Below, in pieces: positions 1-11,272 of a stretch of 38,790 nucleotides of DNA. Below the pieces are notes generated by a model. That model did no database searches and had not been told where the DNA came from. It saw only the letters and a list, made by a program, of their open reading frames with translations. Each line of letters starts with the position of its first letter. Position 1 is the stretch's first letter. Where the stretch lies: assembly GCF_006345805.1 (NCBI RefSeq), contig NW_021836842.1:1-38790 (forward strand), in the 5' to 3' direction. A program made the translations under genes and the position numbers. The DNA comes from Octopus sinensis. Lineage: Eukaryota.

Positions 1-101
1 GCACACATGTATGTGTGTGTATGTATGTTTAGTAAGCATGTTAATTTTCACTCGTAGTCGAAGGGAGAAAGCACTCAATACATTGTGTACAACAGATGTA
101 C

Positions 102-515
102 ATGGGCGCAGCCGTAGTTGTGTGGTAGGAGGTTTGCCTTCCCACCCATATCTGATTATTTATTGCCCACAAGGGGCTAAACATAGAGGGGACAAACAAG
201 GACAGACAAACGGATTAAGTCGATTACATCGACCCCAGTGCGTAACTGGTACTTAATTTATCGACCCCGAAAGGATGAAAGGCAAAGTCGACCTCGGCGG
301 AATTTGAACTCAGAACGCAACGAGTTCCCACCCATATCGTTCCGAGTTCAGTCTCACTGCGTAGCGCCTTCGACAAGTGTGTCTACTTTAGCCTCGGGTC
401 GACCAAAGCCTTGTGAGTGGATTTGATAGGTGGAATCTGAAAGAAACTTGTCGTGTGTGTGTGTGTATGTGCGTGTGTGTGTGTGTATGTGCGTGTGTGT
501 GTGCGTGTTTGTGTG
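102..515 (+). mobile_element. tRNA-derived SINE, family B, 5' half; interrupted by a nested SINE
   Basis: Head atgggcgcagccgtagttgtgtggtag... resumes after the insert with ...gttccgagttcagtctcactgcg...gaccaaagccttgtgagtggatttg..., then (TG)n. Aligns by eye to the intact copies at 11069 and 17185. Confidence 0.8.
153..324 (-). mobile_element. 5'-truncated family D SINE (Deu/Nin-like central domain) nested in the family B head, with a 14-bp TSD
   Basis: The reverse complement matches the family D copies at 30514-30913. Flanked by ttcccacccatatc at 139-152 and 325-338. The motif gcctttcatcctttcggggtcgataaattaagtacc resembles the Deu/Nin SINE domain (from memory). Confidence 0.85.
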
Positions 516-564
516 TGTGTCTTAGTGTGTAAACGCATCATTCATATTGTTTATAATCACTTTC

Positions 565-678
565 TTTCATTCTTGCTCCGCAATTTCATTCTTGCTCCGC
601 AATTTCATTCTTGCTCCGCAATTTCATTCTTGCTCCGCAATTTCATTCTTGCTCCGCAATTTCATTCTTGCTCCGCAA
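565..678. repeat. 19-bp minisatellite, 6 perfect copies
   Basis: (tttcattcttgctccgcaa)6 with units starting at 565, 584, 603, 622, 641 and 660. Confidence 0.95.
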
Positions 679-955
679 TTTCTCTGCCTATTTTTCTTTC
701 TGTTCATGGAAATATAGGTTGAAAGCAATTTTTTTATTATTATCTTGGCCCTAGCATTTATGCAGTGTATGAGCTACGTGTTGTAATCTACAGACTCGTT
801 AGTGAGAAATATCCCAATGAGATAACCAAGGTCGAGTTTAGCTTCCTGGAAATCACTTACCTTAAATAGGTTGGTCTAAAGCTTTCTAAGTTCCTTACAC
901 CATACATACTATTCAGGGAACGTTGAAATAAAACTTCCCTACGCATATTCACACA

Positions 956-997
<42 letters not shown>

Positions 998-2608
998 ACA
1001 CACACACATTTACACGCGCACATCCAGCAAGTAACTCCTGCCAAATTTTTGTGCTACCGGGATTTGATGAGTCTTTGTTTCCACACACTGGAACATAAAC
1101 TTATGTATGTCACGTATAAGCATGTATAAATATAACATACAAATATTATTACTTCTTAAAACCCATCAGCGAGAATCACAAATCTGGAATGCAACATGAC
1201 TAGTTCTAAAAATCATCGTTTCCATATAATATACTATAATATAATATAATATAATATAATATAACATAGTATAATATAATAAGATATAATATATATATAT
1301 ATGTTTGAAAAATTCTTGAAGACCTTTTCCAAAACCGAATTATAGAAGAGTGAAATATTGTTTCACATATCTTACTTGACACTTTTTGATCGCAAAAATT
1401 TATAATGCAAGTAGGTAGGTAGGAAGGTAGGTAGGTAGGTAGGCAGGTAGGTAGGAAGGTGTAGGTATTAATACTTTGTAGAGATTTTTACTTAAATTTT
1501 GAACACGGAGATTTGACGTTGATACCATTCAAATTTCCTTCAGCTGCTGTAGCACCAAGTTTCTGCGACATCATTAATACCACCATTACAAATATCATAC
1601 CACAGTAAACTGTAGACGACATACTGCAGCTTCAGAAGCGGAGGTCGAAAGTTTCTTCTAGCAACACCAGCAATGGTTGACACATTTTCAGTTTAGTCAC
1701 CATGACCTGATATCAATGGCTCGTGTGAAATACCCTTGTCAATAAATCAATCATTTTTTTCACTTGAGGATATATTACTACCCACATTGTACTGAACACT
1801 AAATGAAAATTTGATATGTAGCTCAATAAAATGTTATTACATTTTACGAAATCATAAGGAATGTATGCAACATAACGTTATCAATAAAGACAGCTGTAGA
1901 TAGTCGCATTTAGTTCATTTTTCTTGTCATTCCTTCGTCTTTATGACTTTTGTTAAAGTTATTGTTGAATGCTGTGAAATCCTTACCTAATACAGTTTTT
2001 TTTTCTTTTATGGTGGCGGAGGTAGTTCAGACCATGCTCAGCACTTATAATTTTTCTTACATTTTTGCAGTAGAGTCGTTCGAATCTTCCATACCCATTC
2101 CTTATATTTTTATCCAGATATAATGCAATTGTAACAACATAATCTAACCACTCTGATTTGCATTACTGGTTGTACGGTAGTGGAGCAATTATGAATTTTG
2201 GTTTTATATTCAAAATACTTTTCGGGAATCTAAAAATTACTTTAATTAAAGTATAGTACTATATATTTTACTTAAATATAAAACTTTATTTCGTTTTCGG
2301 ATTTGGTTTGCAAGATTCTTTAAATGAGTTCGTGTGTTGAAGCATATTCTATTGTGTCTGGTGAGTGTGTTACATAATAAGGTACAAAAAGAAAATGCCT
2401 CTCCCCAGACACAATAGTATAAGACTTTAGCTTAGTCGTAAACTGCAATAATTTTAAAAATAATATGCAGTATGTATATACAATCATACGTATATTATTC
2501 TATACACACACACGCACATACACACATACATATATATACAACACATATATACATACATACATACATCCATACATGCATACATACTTCATACATACATACA
2601 TATGTATA

Positions 2609-2640
<32 letters not shown>

Positions 2641-2672
2641 TATCTATATATATAATATATATATATAATATA

Positions 2673-2712
<40 letters not shown>

Positions 2713-4916
2713 TATCTATATATATATATATAATATTATATATATATATATATATATAGAATATATACAGAGATGGATAGATAGAGAGAGTTCGGGAGAT
2801 AGTAAAGTAGATAAACACAGTTAGGCTCTAGAATTCAAATTCGGAGCAAAATACAGAAAAAATAGCAAAAACGAGTTATGTAAATTCTCATCTCGGCAGC
2901 TGTTTCAATATGACCATTACTTACGTACTAATCATATACTTAAGTAATATGCTCATGCAATTAGCGACAAGTCCCGAGGAAACTGTTAAAATTAGACAGG
3001 TGTCTATTTCAAGAGGACACACACTGACACGTTGACAACAAGATATATATCAGGCAGTATAGATTTATCTCAAGCCAAGTTATGTAACTCACTCACAAAT
3101 ATAACGATTTACTACATGCTTTTCCATAATCGGAGATGTCTATCGTTATTCCTCCTTTTACAAACTACTACCTCTTATGCCAATAGACACAGAAAGGATC
3201 TCCATTTATTATTCTAAAGGAACAAAGTTTTCATCAAGCGTATGTCAACCGTTATAATGGAGAAAGGAGATACAACCCAACGGTTCCACCAGTGTAGAAA
3301 ACTGACAGTGATATTCGCGACCCCAAGATGAATGAGATCGGTCAAATCAAAATGTTGTGTCTTAGGATTCCAACTTTGATAAATAAACACAAAACAAAAC
3401 AGATTGTATTTCTTAACACTCAGTAAATGTGTAAAAAAAAGAAATAGCCAAAATAATTTAGTTAAAAAAATATATTGTTGGCTTACTGACATTCACATCC
3501 ATAGATATGTGTATCATATATACTCGTATGTGCATCCGTGTGTAGATATGTATGCATACATGTGTGTGTACATACGCGTATATACATATATACACATAGA
3601 GAGGAGAGATTTATACATATATACAAACTTATATATACACAAGGCATACACATACGCACACTCGTGCGCACATCTCTATGCATAGAGGTGACTATGTGCG
3701 AATCCATGCTGATCCTACTTACGTACAAATTTCTCTTGAAATCTGAGAAAATTTCTGGCAAGTTTTATAGTATTCGTTTCGGAATAGAATCCTATAAGGG
3801 AGGTTTGGTTTTCTAGAGATTGGACAGGGATTTCAGCTGATACTAAAAAAAATCACCGAAGTCAACTTACTTTGGAAGGCAACATTTGAAACTCGCAAGG
3901 GGTTATGAGGAAAAAAAAATGGAGAAATGTACAATTTCGTATCGTGTGAAATCGTGCGAATGAGAAATTGATACAGATTAATGAAAAAAAGAACATTGTA
4001 CTAAGATAGTACGAGTAAAATGAATAAAATACACGAATATATACAAACTTATCAAAAACCAAAGAAAAGACTGTGATCAATGAAGACCAACCTTAATTCT
4101 GCACCAACTCACTTAATTCCGAAAATAGCTGGTACTAAATGATAATATAAAACGGCTATAAGTGGGAGAATTTTCTATACAATCTGAATATAAACTGTTC
4201 GCGTTTAAATTACACTCTATTTCATTTACCTTTTTATTTTTCATCTGATTATAGAATAATTTTTTTGCTATTTCTAGCGACCTGAACAAGTGTAAGGCAG
4301 CTCCCCCGTTAACACGTGAAACTGGTTTCGACAATTAAGTGTTAGCGCAGTGATATTTGTGGTGAAGTGAACCAGAGCAGGACTGCTGGGAGTGTTAGGT
4401 CGACTGGAGGTGGAAGTACTCTCCCGAGAATGAAAATAAGTTCAAAGTAATGTTCCGTGTATTTGTTAAGATATATAAGTATTTGAGCGTTTGTAAGATA
4501 AGTGTTTGTTAAAGACAGAGGAAAGTGTTTGTTGTAAGACGTAGGAGAAAGACTAAATTGTATATACATGGAGGGTAAAGACGAGGTTAGAGATAGTAGT
4601 GAAGGAGAGACAAAATGGAAAAACAAAAAGGCCAAAGAAAATATAAATGAAAATATGAAAGAAAGTAAAGAGAAATCAAATGAAAGAGAAACCAAAGATA
4701 GAGAAGACTTCCGATGATATTTATTGTTATTGAGAGAGAAAGGTCCATAGTAAATGATCTGATCGTTATTTGACAGGAAGTTGTGAACAAATCAACCCCC
4801 GCTCCTCTCAAACATCACCTTCGTACGTGTCGTGAATAAATTATATTTCTAAAAATCTTGAGATTACTTATGACGACGCCGCCGCTGTCGTTTGCCACTA
4901 ACGACCGACCGACCAA

Positions 4917-4945
4917 CCACCACCACCAGCAGCAGCAGCAGCAGC

Positions 4946-4994
<49 letters not shown>

Positions 4995-5062
4995 TAACAT
5001 CTACCAGCGATAGCACACTACCACTTCCATCAATACCATCGCTGCAGCTGTTGCTGCTGCTG

Positions 5063-5095
<33 letters not shown>

Positions 5096-5340
5096 AACTA
5101 CTACCACCACCACCACAGCCACCACCACCGCCGCCACCACCACTACCACCACTACTAATAGCACCACCGCTACTAATAGCACCACCACTACTAATAGCAC
5201 CACCACCACTACCACCCCACCCCACCACCACTACTACTACTACTACCACCACCTCCACAGCCACCACCGCCGCCGCCACCACCACCACCACCATTACCAC
5301 CACTACTAATAGCACCACCACTACTAGCACCACCACCACC

Positions 5341-5386
<46 letters not shown>

Positions 5387-5395
5387 ATTTAACAA
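4917..5395. repeat. Compound trinucleotide tract (CAC/CAG/CAA/CTA) with an internal 18-bp repeat
   Basis: Direct reading; ctactaatagcaccacc recurs at about 5152-5200 and about 5302. Confidence 0.9.
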
Positions 5396-5607
5396 GTAAA
5401 CGAAGAAGCCTGTGCCTGTATCTGGTGGTTCGGTTTGGTAGGAACAGTAGCCAAATGTTCGACATAGCACACTTGGGTTACTGTTTCTGAACAAAAGATT
5501 GAATGATTGTGTCTGGAATAGTTTCGATTATATTTTCGATCAGTCAGGTATAACTTGGTTCAAACCACATGAACTATCACAACTTCCAGAAAAACGTCAT
5601 TGACACT

Positions 5608-5985
5608 TTGGAAGCACTCCGTCGGTTACGACGATGAGGGTTCCAGTTGATCCGAATCAACGGAACAGCCTGCTCGTGAAATTAACGTGTAAGTGGCTGA
5701 GCACTCCACAGACACGTGCACCCTTTACGTAGTTCTTGGGGGTGACACAGAGAGTGACAAGGCCGGCCCCTTGAAATACAGGTACAACAGAAACAGGAAG
5801 TAATAGTGAGAGAAAGTTGTGGTGAAAGAGTACAGCAGGGATCACCACCATCCCCTGCCGGAGCCTTGTGGAGCTTTTTAGGTGTTTTCGCTCAATAAAC
5901 ACTCACAACGCCCGGTCTGGGAATCGAAACCGCGATCCTATGACCGCGAGTCCGCTGCCCTAACCACTGGGCCATTGCGCCTCCA
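5608..5985 (-). mobile_element. Full-length tRNA-derived SINE, family A (head H1 + tail T1), with a 9-bp TSD
   Basis: Minus strand starts tggaggcgcaatggcccagtggttagggcagcgg (A-box like), has ggtttcgattccc (B-box like), and ends ...gtcgtaaccgacggagtgc. attgacact flanks it at 5599-5607 and 5988-5996. Confidence 0.85.
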
Positions 5986-6199
5986 CAATTGACACTACCA
6001 CGTAATGAACACCAGAAAATCAAGAATAGACAGTCTATACAGTCAGCCAATCGGTGAGACAGAACAGATAAATCTATCCCTACCTTCCAATCACAAGGGG
6101 TGTATTTAGCCAATATTACATTCGCTGATGTACTCTCTCTCTCATTCTCTCTCTCTCATTCTCTCATTCTCTCATTCTCTCTCTCCGGGCAGCAATAAC

Positions 6200-6298
6200 A
6201 CTAATCCTTTCCTACTACAGGCACAAGATCTGAAGTTTTGAGGGAAGGAGCTCGTCGATTATTTCGACCATAAATGGTTGAAAGGCAAAGTCGCCCCC
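6200..6298 (-). mobile_element. Degenerate 3' fragment of a family D variant SINE
   Basis: taatcctttcctactacaggcacaag...gaaaggcaaagtcg matches 8837-8970. Confidence 0.55.
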
Positions 6299-6299
6299 T

Positions 6300-6560
6300 G
6301 CAGAAAAGCTCTATCTGCGACGATTTCAACTCAATCGAAGGAGAGGGGGCTTTCTCCGTCCGGGTTGCGGATCCGTGGAACAAGCTGCCAGACGAGATGG
6401 TGAAGATGCCGACGACCGCTTTGTTCAAAGTCTCCCTTGACCTCAAGTGGCCTGAACTCTTTACATGAACACCACCCTGTACATAACTCCATGTCCCCCT
6501 ACATGGCCTTGCTTTTTGCTTTTTGAGCCAAAAAATTAACTAACTAACTAACTAACTAAC
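6300..6560 (+). mobile_element. 5'-truncated CR1-clade LINE: ORF2 C-terminus, 3' UTR and (TAAC)n tail
   Basis: Reads EKLYLRRFQLNRRRG / AFSVRVADPWNKLPDEMVKMPTTALFKVSLDLKWPELFT* with a +1 frameshift in the G run at 6345-6349. This matches the typical CR1/L2 ORF2 end (KL..RF.LN.R..FFS.RV...WN.LP......S...FK..LD). About 70 nt of UTR follows, then taactaactaac. Confidence 0.8.
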
Positions 6561-6621
6561 ATGAACAAAACTGCTATGCATTTTGACCGATTCTGCAAGC
6601 TTATTTTTTCTTCTTTCACAT

Positions 6622-6800
6622 TGATCGGTACAAACGTAAAGGTAGAATACCTACAAAAATCAGCATTGCTTGGAACTTCAAGAATTCTTCGCAGGGCTCT
6701 TGAAGCACGACCAGTAAATAAGTATCACCTTAGTCTGCTGGTTGTGGATAGCTGACACTTTCCATCATTCCCAGCGCAGCGTAATAAGCTGTGAGTTTTA

Positions 6801-6874
<74 letters not shown>
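6622..6874 (+). mobile_element. 3' end of an RLE-type non-LTR retrotransposon (R4/Dong-like) running into (TAA)n
   Basis: IGTNVKVEYLQKSALLGTSRILRRALEA resembles the Q-K-x-x-L-L-G-T-x-x-I-L-R terminus of R4/Dong-clade ORFs. A short UTR and about 24 TAA units follow. Clade assignment is from memory of the family. Confidence 0.65.
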
Positions 6875-6876
<2 letters not shown>

Positions 6877-6921
6877 CTGGTACATCACACGTATTGAGAA
6901 GATGTGAGTACTGTTGCTGCT

Positions 6922-7070
6922 CATGTATTTTAATTTAACTTAAAAAAAAAATTTTTTTTAATGAACGAACTATTGAGTTTGGTTAATGGCCTACCAATGT
7001 ATACTTGAGTTTCTTTGCCCTAGAGTCGGAAGACTCGGCAAGAAATGGAAGCAAATTTGAAAGAAGAAAA
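6922..7070 (+). repeat. Unclassified ~145-bp interspersed repeat, copy 1, in TAA-rich context
   Basis: catgtattttaatttaacttaaaa...gagtttctttgccctagagtcggaagactcggcaagaaatggaagcaaatttgaaagaagaaaa; direct copy at 9317-9459. Confidence 0.8.
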
Positions 7071-7093
7071 AAAAAAGTAATAATATAATAATA

Positions 7094-7133
<40 letters not shown>

Positions 7134-7689
7134 GTTCTTTTATTTGCCATCAGAGCAAAGGATGAATGGGACAATCGCAAAGCTCAGTCGGTTGAGCAAT
7201 AATAAATAAATAAATAAATAAATAAATAAAAGAAACAAATAAATAAATAGATAATGATATTAACCACAATTGGAAGAGACTGCAATAGACGAACGAAGAG
7301 TGCTTGTGTGGGCATATAATTAAGCAAAGATGGATGTTTTTACTCTCGATTAGATCCTTGGGCGAGGGTTAACGGTATAGACAGAAGAGACGGAAATGGA
7401 ATGATAGCAGCGGGAGAAAGGAAGAGGAGAAGGGAGAAAGAGAGAGAGAGAGAGAGAGAGTGTGTGTGTGTGTGTGTGTGAGTGAATGAGAGGTGGGGGG
7501 ATTAGTGTGAGAAGTTGAAGGCAGTGAGAGAGAGGAATGAGAGGAAGAGAAAGAAAGCCCACATAGGCAACCCGCACTAACACCTCATTAATCAACGCCG
7601 CGAAAAACTCTGACCACATACGGAGTGTTGTCTGGCTGTGCGTGATAGATCCCGATCGGGATCTGATCGGAGTGTCACGACCAAGTCGC

Positions 7690-7692
7690 CAT

Positions 7693-7723
<31 letters not shown>

Positions 7724-7811
7724 AGCAGTAGCAGCAATGGCAGATTCATTATTACTATTACCATCACCTCCAAAATTCCTCCTTGTCTTCACCACCACCA
7801 CCACCACCACC

Positions 7812-7884
<73 letters not shown>

Positions 7885-8350
7885 ATGTTCATCATCATCA
7901 TCGTCGTCATCGTCGTCGTCGTCATCATCATCATCATCATCATCGTCATCGTCGTCGTCGTCGTCATCATCATCATCATCATCATTATCACCTTCCTCAT
8001 CCCCATCAATATCATCACCATCATCGGCTGCAGCAGCATCGCTATTACCACCACAACACGCGGCTATCATCATCGTCATCGTCGACATCGTCATCGTCGA
8101 CATCGTCATCGTCGTCGTTGTCGTCATCATCATCACCACCACAATCATCATCTCAACCACCACCATCATCATTATCATCATCATAATCATCACCACCACC
8201 ACCATCACCTCAACCACCACCACCATCATCATCATCATCACCACCACCACCTCCACCATCATCACACCACCACCACCAACATCATCATCATCGTCGTCGT
8301 CGTTAGCATCATCATCATCACCATCGTCGTTAGCATCATCATCATCATCA
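7690..8350. repeat. Long compound CAT/CAC/CGT/CAG trinucleotide tract
   Basis: Direct reading; it is the source of the poly-H/S/I/D/M ORFs in the track. Confidence 0.9.
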
Positions 8351-8836
8351 TAGACAAAACGCAATCACAACCATAAAGACAATAACGGGATCAAAGTACC
8401 TTGATCCGGGTTGTTCATTCCAACGATAATCCTCTGCTTATTGACACGCTGAGCTTTAATACAGCATTGAAAACAGGCGGCAATGCTTAAGTTAGATGAA
8501 TCGGGTGGGTTTCGTAAAGATTAGGAAGATATCGCAAGAGGGTAGGCGAGTGGAGGGGTAAGATAAATGAAATCGAAGAGATTACTACACTGAAGGTCTA
8601 CGAAGCAGCAGCAGTAGTTGAGGTAGTTGCTGTTGTTGTTGTTGTTGTTGTTGTGGTGGTGGTGGTGGGAGTGATGGAGAGGCGAAATCCGGGAAGGATG
8701 GGCAGAAGGTACAAAGAATGAGAAAGAGAAGAAAACTGTGCAAGAGAAAGAGAAACGAAGAAGGATGAGATAGAGAATGAGAAGAAATTAGAAGGAAAAT
8801 AAGATATTAAAATGATAGTTATAATAATAATAGCAA

Positions 8837-9064
8837 TAATCCTTTCTACTGAAGGCACCAGGCCTTGGAATTTTTGGGCGAGTGGGATAGTCAATTACAT
8901 CGACCCCCCATTGCGTAACTGGTACTTAAATTATCGACTCCGAAAGGATGAAAGGCAAAGCAAAGTCGACTTCGGCGGAATTTGAACTCAGAATGTAGCG
9001 ACCCGCAAAATACCGCTAAGCATTTTTGTCCAGTGCGCAAGCGATTCTGCCAGCTCGCTGCCTT
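8837..9064 (-). mobile_element. Family D variant SINE, near full length
   Basis: Minus-strand head aaggcagcgagctggcagaatcgcttgcgcactgg...ttctgagttcaaattccgccgaagtcgac, the Deu/Nin-like core, and an alternative tail ending gtagaaaggattatt. Confidence 0.75.
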
Positions 9065-9066
9065 AG

Positions 9067-9067
<1 letters not shown>

Positions 9068-9101
<34 letters not shown>

Positions 9102-9198
9102 CAATAATAATATAATAATAATAATAATAATAATAATGATAATAATATAATAATATAATAATAATAATAATAATTGATAATAATAATAATTAATAATC

Positions 9199-9231
<33 letters not shown>

Positions 9232-9300
9232 TAATAATAATTGATAATATAATAATAATATAATAATAATATAATAATAATAATATAATAATAATAATAA
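9068..9300. repeat. (TAA)n microsatellite, interrupted
   Basis: Direct reading. Confidence 0.95.
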
Positions 9301-9316
9301 GTAGAACTATTACTAC

Positions 9317-9459
9317 CATGTATTTAATTTAACTTAAAAAAAAATGAACGAATTATTGAGTTAGTTTAATGGCCTACCAATGTATACTATGAGTTTCTTT
9401 GCCCTAGGAGTCGGGAAGACACTCGGCAAGAAATGGAAGCAAATTTGAAAGAAGAAAAA
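9317..9459 (+). repeat. Unclassified ~145-bp interspersed repeat, copy 2, between TAA tracts
   Basis: Direct copy of 6922-7070 with scattered substitutions and indels; (TAA)n on both sides. Confidence 0.8.
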
Positions 9460-9462
9460 CTA

Positions 9463-9496
<34 letters not shown>

Positions 9497-9915
9497 CGGT
9501 AAAGTGTGAGGATCATCAATAACAGCAACAGCTGTTAGAGGAGTCAATAGGGGTGGGATTTGAAAAAGTCTAAAATAATAAGCACATCCTTCTATACACA
9601 TGCGCATATAGACAAGGCGTATGCAACTTATATGTATACCTATGTACGTGTTTCTATGTATGAGAAAGTGCGTGAGAAGGATTATTAACTTTGATTAATA
9701 AATACTTTTCTCACCCCTCTCTCTCTCTCACTCTCTCCTGTCTTTCTACTTTGCTCAGTCTTTTTCTCCCTCTCTCTTTCTCTTCTCCATCTCTTTCTTT
9801 CTTTCTCTCCCTGACTCCTCCTTTTGATCTCCCTGAATGCATACAGACAAACATTCATGCATACACACACATACGTATGTTTATATTAATGTATGTTGTG
9901 GGGAGATGCAGAGAG

Positions 9916-10026
9916 TGAAAGAAAGAAAGAAAGAGAAAAGAAAAAAAGAAAGAAGCAAAAAAAAAGAAAAAAGAACGAAGGAATGAGAGGAGGAAAGAAA
10001 AAAGAAAGGAAAGAAAGACAGGAGGA

Positions 10027-10074
<48 letters not shown>

Positions 10075-10177
10075 CGGAAGGAAAGACAGAAAGAACGAAG
10101 TAAGGTAAGGAAGAGAGACAAAAGACAGGAGGGAACTAAGAAAGAAAGAAAGAAAGAACGAAAGAAAGAAAGGAAAA

Positions 10178-10217
<40 letters not shown>

Positions 10218-10256
10218 AGTAAGTTAAGGAAGAGAGACAAAAGACAGGAGGGAACT

Positions 10257-10296
<40 letters not shown>

Positions 10297-10380
10297 AAAA
10301 GAGAAAGAAAGACAAAAAGAAAGAAAGAAAGAAAGAAAGAAAGAAATAATGAAAGAAAGGAAGAAAGAATGGAAGAAACA

Positions 10381-10415
<35 letters not shown>

Positions 10416-10683
10416 GAAGAAGGAAAGACAGAAAGAAAGAAGTAAGTTAAGGAAGAGAGACAAAAGACAGGAGGGAACTAAGAAAGAAAGAACGAAAGAA
10501 CGAAAGAAAGAAAGAAAGAAAGAAAGAACGGAAGAAAGAAAGAAAGAAAGAACGAAAGAAAGAAAGGAAAAAAGAAAGAAAGAAAGGCGGGAAGAAAGAA
10601 AGACAAAAAGCAAAAAAGAAAGAAAGAAAGAAAGAAAGAATGGAAGAAAGAAAGAAAGAACGAAAGAAAGAAAGAAAGAAAAA
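9916..10683. repeat. (GAAA)n purine-rich tract with a thrice-repeated 43-bp cassette
   Basis: aagtaag(t/g)taaggaagagagacaaaagacaggagggaactaag at about 10098, 10217 and 10440 within (GAAA)n. Confidence 0.9.
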
Positions 10684-11068
10684 CTTGATGGCTGAAGACT
10701 GCCTTGAATGCTGGACTGCTCACATTAAAATCATGTTATGGTCAATTAGTCCTTTCAAACGGTGGATTGGATTGAAAGAATACGTGACTTTTATTCTTTG
10801 CATTATAATTTGTTGGGCTTATTTGGTGTGTTTATGAGTTTGGTTTATCATTTTCTCCTTGATTAGTTTATTATTATTATTATTATTATTGTTGTTGTTA
10901 CTGTTTTTGCTTTTGTTTTTTGGGTTTTTTTTGCCTCGTCGTTCGATACTTAAGTCTGCTTTGGTGGAAGTGGAAAAAGAGAAGAAACAGAAAGGCGAAC
11001 TATAACGACGACTAGAGGATAACGAAAAATCAATGAAGGAACAAGGAAATAAGTTTTTAAAAAAATAA

Positions 11069-11222
11069 GTGGTAAGTAGCTTGCTAACCAACCACATGGT
11101 TCCGGGTTCAGTCCCACTGCGTGGCATCTTGGGCAAGTGTCTTCTGCTATAGCCCGCGCCGACCAATGCCTTGTGAGTGGATTTGGTAGACGGAAACTGA
11201 AAGAAGCCTGTCGTATATATGT

Positions 11223-11272
<50 letters not shown>

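Noticed and set aside
565-678. CRISPR-like array
   Set aside because: The repeats are contiguous with no spacers, the context is eukaryotic, and there are no cas genes.
4342-4440. Possible downstream exon (...PPPVDLTLP... / STSSRPNTPSSP)
   Set aside because: A phase-1 entry at the best acceptor hits a stop after about 20 codons; no recognisable Lhx1/5 similarity.
5548-5580. atg tgg ttt gaa (MWFE) on the minus strand as a homeodomain helix 3
   Set aside because: Continues EPSY rather than QNRR; chance match.
5925-5985. tRNA gene-like A/B boxes here and in other SINE heads
   Set aside because: No complete cloverleaf, and each continues into a repeated SINE body; these are tRNA-derived heads, not tRNA genes.
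7592-8376. Long ORFs (182, 197, 160, 97 aa) with poly-H/S/D/M/I runs as possible further Lhx exons
   Set aside because: They are readouts of trinucleotide tracts, open in several frames and on both strands. There is no pyrimidine-rich acceptor on the minus strand and no homeodomain similarity.
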